Shown: positions 61,481 to 64,000 of the stretch, piece after piece
Layout of the letters: the number at the start of each line of letters is the position of its first letter
Numbering within the stretch: the stretch's first letter is position 1
Source of the DNA: Centroscyllium fabricii
Lineage: Eukaryota
Length of the DNA stretch: 64,000 nt
NCBI GenBank assembly: GCA_051313645.2
Contig: JBNRSN020000010.1
Span: 11,284,001 to 11,348,000 of the forward strand
Direction of reading: 5' to 3'
The notes under the pieces: generated by a model
Seen by the model: only the letters and a program-made list of their open reading frames with translations
What the model was told of the DNA's origin: nothing
The model's database searches: none
Program-made: the position numbers and the translations under genes

Positions 61481-61769
61481 TGGTGGGGCTTAAGCCGGGC
61501 TGGGGTTTGAAAGTGCAGGGCTGGACGCAGCGTTGCGCTTTGGATTCAAACCGGGTGTGGTAGTAGCACCAGCCGTTGCCCGATGTGCGCGGCCTATTGC
61601 GGGGTCGCGTTGGCCTGCAGCCCATTTACTGCCCCTATATTGCGATTACGCCTCGGGGTGGGGCTCAACATGAAATTTGGAGCAGAATTGGTTGCAGCGA
61701 TGGGTTGGGAAATGCAGGCATTAGTTTTTGAAATTCTCAGGATCACAGCAGTGTCTCATGATGCGGGTT

Positions 61770-61960
61770 CATCACATACAGAGCGCTCACATTCACACAC
61801 ACTTCAGTTTGTTCTTACTGCGTGAAATTAAACAATGGACAATCCGGCTGCATGGTCCTGAGGGTAAAAGCCCCGCGGAGGTCACGCTCCAAGCAGAGTA
61901 GGAGGAGGTTGATCTTAGCAGTGAGTGTCACCTCCAGCAAGCCTCCTTGGGTACTGAAAG
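61770..61960 (+). pseudogene. Possible Myb/SANT-like (Harbinger partner) remnant
   Basis: Across frameshifts: RALTFT / LLREIKQWTIRLHGPEGKSPAEVTLQAE*EEV / AVSVTSSKPPW, resembling trihelix RAxxF..W-EEVA..W spacing. Confidence 0.35.
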
Positions 61961-62589
61961 GTGAAATAATTTATGTGGCCTCTTCAGAGCAGCCAAGGAA
62001 ACATGAGTCAGTGCCACATCTACCAGTCCGCTATAATTACCATACTCACCATTGCCAGCTGCCGGGCCTCTTTGCATTGATCAGCAGACAGCTGTATACT
62101 AATGTGCAGGAGGGTCCTCCATAGCATTCACCCCACCTCATCCTTTCCCGACATGCCTTCCTTCAAGCAGATCGACATGTCGGAAATCAGTGGAAGACTC
62201 ACATGAAGCTGATTATCTGCTTGCTGCCTCTATTATCATCCACAGTAAGTATCGTATTTGACGCTGGGCTACTTTCCAATAAAGCCAAGTGGAGCAGCTT
62301 CACTTTCTGATTTTTTTTCTGAAATGGGAAACAATCCGCCACTAAATCTAATGAATTGCCGCCTGAATCACACAAGAAACGTGCTGGACAGCATCAGTCA
62401 ATCAGGTCAGAACCGCCTGGTGAAAAAGCCCCAATGAGGAGAGGGGAGAGGCTGGAATGAAAGGACCTATACTTTTAGGAATCGGCAGGTTGCATCGGGC
62501 TAATCAAGGGAGGAAAGCACACAGAATGGCTTATTGTCACTGTTAGCACTTTCTGGATAAGGTGAAATAATTTGGGAAGCTGCGGTGCC

Positions 62590-63110
62590 CAGCGAGCTGG
62601 ACGTATTACTAAAACTATAGAAAGTCACTAAAGAAGTTTCGAAAAAATACCACTTTTTCCAAGATTTATACCAGAACTGAGAGGATGTAATTATCAGGAA
62701 AAGGTGAACTGTCTGAGGCCTTTGTTCTTTCAAAAGAGAAGGTTGATGGGTAACCAGATAAACGTCTTTAAACTTGTGAAGTGATTTGACAGATTAGATG
62801 TATAGAAGATGTTTCCGCTTGCTGGAGTATACTGAACTAGGCACCATATCCGGTAGTCACTAATAAATCAAATAGGGAATTCAGGAGAAGTGTATTAAGG
62901 CAGAGAATTGTGCGAATGTGAATCCCGTGCAAATGGATTAATTGAGGCAAATAGCTTAGATGCATTGAAGGGGAAGCTAGAAAGTACATCGAAACGATGT
63001 ACTGATGGGGTAACATGTAGATGGGTGGGATGAGTCTTGAGTGGAGTATAATCACCGGCCTAGATCAATTGGGACGAATTGCCTGTTTCTCCGCTGTAGT
63101 TTCTCGGTAT
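62590..63110 (+). mobile_element. CR1 3' fragment, old
   Basis: agatttataccagaactgag..aatagggaattcaggaga..ggagtataatcaccggc 3' UTR. Confidence 0.7.
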
Positions 63111-63814
63111 CGTTTCGTAGAAAAGTGAATCAGGATGATTTCCAATGGGAGACTGGATGGTTGTGGCGCCGAGCACCGTGATAGTGGGACTGATTTATGG
63201 TTCAGATGTCTCTGGTCTTATATCTATTTCGGTACCGCCTCTGACCTGCGGTCACAGATATCAGACCGTGGGCACTGGGCTCTCCTGGGCGATTTCTTCC
63301 TGAAGCGAGTCTCCAGCTGCCTGTTGGTCCCGCTGCTACTCTTCATTCTTCTATTCCTGCCCTTCATAGACAGAGGAACAGGGGATGGTAGAAATTATCT
63401 CACTGCACCGGCAGTGATTAAGAAACCGCTCACGAGCTGGAGATAGTAAAATGCCAAAAGCATGGAATTTCCAGATAGAAACTTTCGCCACGTGCAAATT
63501 CAAATTAAGTGGTCCCCATAGGAATCGCTCCTGGCAACCGTCACCGAGCAAAAAGCAGCATCTCTTTGGTGGGATTTTGTGAGTTGGGCTACTGACGGTA
63601 GTGCGGGAAATTGCAATAGAGTACAACTTACATTTTTAAGCAACGGGCAGGGCGGTTTCTGGAAATTGTAGACCATCGGTAGATCATCGCCAGACTTTCC
63701 CAGCGCACGGTGCGCACTGTCACCACTTCTGAAAGTGAATGGTGCCGACAATTTCGCAATTAACGGGAGGAGGTTCCATGAAAATCCACTTCCAAAATGA
63801 AGGAAGAGCCCGTA

Positions 63815-64000
63815 ACGCAAGTGAAAAAGACAAGACTGAAGCATTTGCAACCATCTATAGTCAGAAGTGCCCAGTGGATGATTCAACTCGACCTGCTCCC
63901 GAAGCCCTCACTATCACAGATGCCAGTCTTCAGTCAAATAGATTCACTCCACGTGATACCGAGAAGCGGCTGAGCGCACTGAATCCAGCAAAGGCTATGG
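63815..64000 (+). mobile_element. LINE ORF2 fragment running off the window
   Basis: DKTEAFATIYSQKCPVDD..ITDASLQSNRFTPRDTEKRLSALNPAKAM. Confidence 0.7.

Larger units (their letters stand above)
58085..61625 (-). mobile_element. Gypsy/Ty3 LTR retrotransposon, 5'-truncated, 3' LTR present
   Basis: Gag end CYYHTRF..RCVQPCTF, protease DTGA, RT YLDD, RNase H TDAS, integrase HH-CC and SDRGPQF, PPT G-run at about 58336-58345. Confidence 0.95.

Noticed and set aside
59037-61493. Many long plus-strand ORFs
   Set aside because: GC-rich antisense frames of Gypsy pol.
63135-63446. 103-aa ORF with a hydrophobic stretch
   Set aside because: No recognisable motif and no convincing splice boundaries.

Overview
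Eukaryotic, repeat-dominated window. It is most likely from a cartilaginous fish (inferred from tRNA-derived V-SINEs, the CR1/L2/Penelope/Tx1 repertoire, and chondrichthyan-type GPR139-like and NACHT sequences). I found no intact host gene. Host-gene relics are a two-exon GPR139-like GPCR with one premature stop (14142-15851), a decayed NACHT/NLR locus (23830-24470, possible death-fold remnant near 29450-29860) and three tRNA pseudogenes. The rest is nested mobile DNA: many CR1 LINEs (one with an ORF2 intact except for a single homopolymer frameshift), a 26-bp satellite split by retroelements, a solo LTR, a Gypsy element next to a Harbinger transposase, and a family of about 750-bp Harbinger-type MITEs. 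The two best leads are (1) a decayed two-LTR provirus (34827-45638) whose env-like region appears to have a short N-terminal part and a long post-cleavage ectodomain, and (2) a MITE-like element carrying a near-perfect 300-bp palindrome (3485-3791). All calls were made by eye with no database searches; boundaries of old repeats are approximate.
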